Positions 63,111-64,000 of a stretch of 64,000 nucleotides of DNA are shown one piece after another. The stretch is from Lama guanicoe (lineage: Eukaryota): positions 327,822 to 391,821 of the forward strand of contig MU053444.1 in assembly GCA_013239625.1 (NCBI GenBank), given 5' to 3'. Made by a program: the position numbers and the translations under genes. The first letter of the stretch is position 1, and each line of letters opens with the position of its first letter. Below the pieces are notes generated by a model that saw only the letters and a program-made list of their open reading frames with translations, was not told the origin of the DNA and searched no databases.

Positions 63111-64000
63111 ATATTGCTGAGTTATCTCACCTCCCCCCTCCCCCTCCCCCCAGGCCTCTTAATACTCAGTCCAGGAAAGCTAAACCATTCTAGCCTTCAT
63201 CNNNNNNNNNNNNNNNNNNNNAATCTTCAGAAAAAAACATTGAAAAATAATATTCTGTGAGTTGCTTTCTACCCTTGCCCAGAGATGAGAAACATCTGAA
63301 GGTGGAGGAAAAAAGTTGGAGGTGGGGAACACAAAGTCTTTTCTGCTTTTGCTACTGAAGAAATTATTGCTTTTGTAATTAGTGATGATGCCCTTTAAAT
63401 TGGCGAGATCGAGATTCCACAGCTTCAGCGCCTGTGAATAACCAGCTGGGAGAAAGCTCTCTAGGGCCCCTGCAGTGGGAAAGGCTGCCCCTTTGAGCAC
63501 CTGTTGTTCTGTATTCTTCCTGCCTCCACACGGGTTCGCTAGGCACCATGCAGGACAATGCAGTTACCCAAGGTGGATGACGGGGAGACCCCTGCTGTGT
63601 GGCAAGCCACAGGAGCCCACACTTGAAGGACAAAATGTATAGTAGAGGGGCGGTCATAGGAACAGAGGATGGTTGAGACCCAGGATAGTGTCCTGGAGTC
63701 CAGCAGCCAAGGTTGGTGGGGCACATGGGGCCCTGGGGCATGGGAAGACCTTGAGGGATCTGAAGCAAAGATAGGAACCAAGAGACTGGATTCGTGTGGG
63801 GGTACGACACCCCTTGGAGGCTGCGAGGCAGCTCAGTGAGCCCAGGGGGAGCAGGCACTTCCCCAAAGCTGGGTTGACAGGTCACAACCAACCCACTGGG
63901 GACTGAGAGGCCCTGAGTCATTTTTAAACTTTTGTCCCTCTTCCTGGAAAAGAAACTGCTGCCTGTGAAATAGCCTGTGTCGTTAGTGAGAATTAAAGAC

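Noticed and set aside
63379..63460. GTGATGA box-C-like motif (possible snoRNA)
   Set aside because: No suitably placed CTGA box D or terminal stem.

Overview
Mammalian genomic DNA with no intact protein-coding gene. Several tRNA-derived Vic-1-like SINEs and the absence of Alu, B1, Bov-A/BovB and PRE-1 point to a camelid (inference). The window is a mosaic of intron-containing (unprocessed), decayed copies of three genes that are unlinked in human. (1) TRAPPC9 on the minus strand, about 0.4-32.5 kb: exons 2, 3, 5, 6 and 7 are recognisable, with stops and frameshifts, and exon 4 was not found. (2) The terminal coding exon plus 3'UTR of MRAP2 on the minus strand, about 43.6-45.5 kb, frameshifted. 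(3) The CpG-island promoter plus exons 1-2 of POFUT2 on the plus strand, about 58.9-61.0 kb, with exon 1 frameshifted. Between them are an unassigned NRF1-type CpG promoter with two candidate non-coding exons pointing into the TRAPPC9 copy, a divergent pair of ERV1-like LTRs, and a GC-rich ~160-bp tandem array with a ~950-bp six-monomer higher-order period and repeated minus-strand splice signals. The rest is ordinary L1/L2/MIR/MaLR/DNA-transposon background, with three assembly gaps. Gene identifications and exon numbers come from comparing translations with human proteins recalled from memory; no database search was run.
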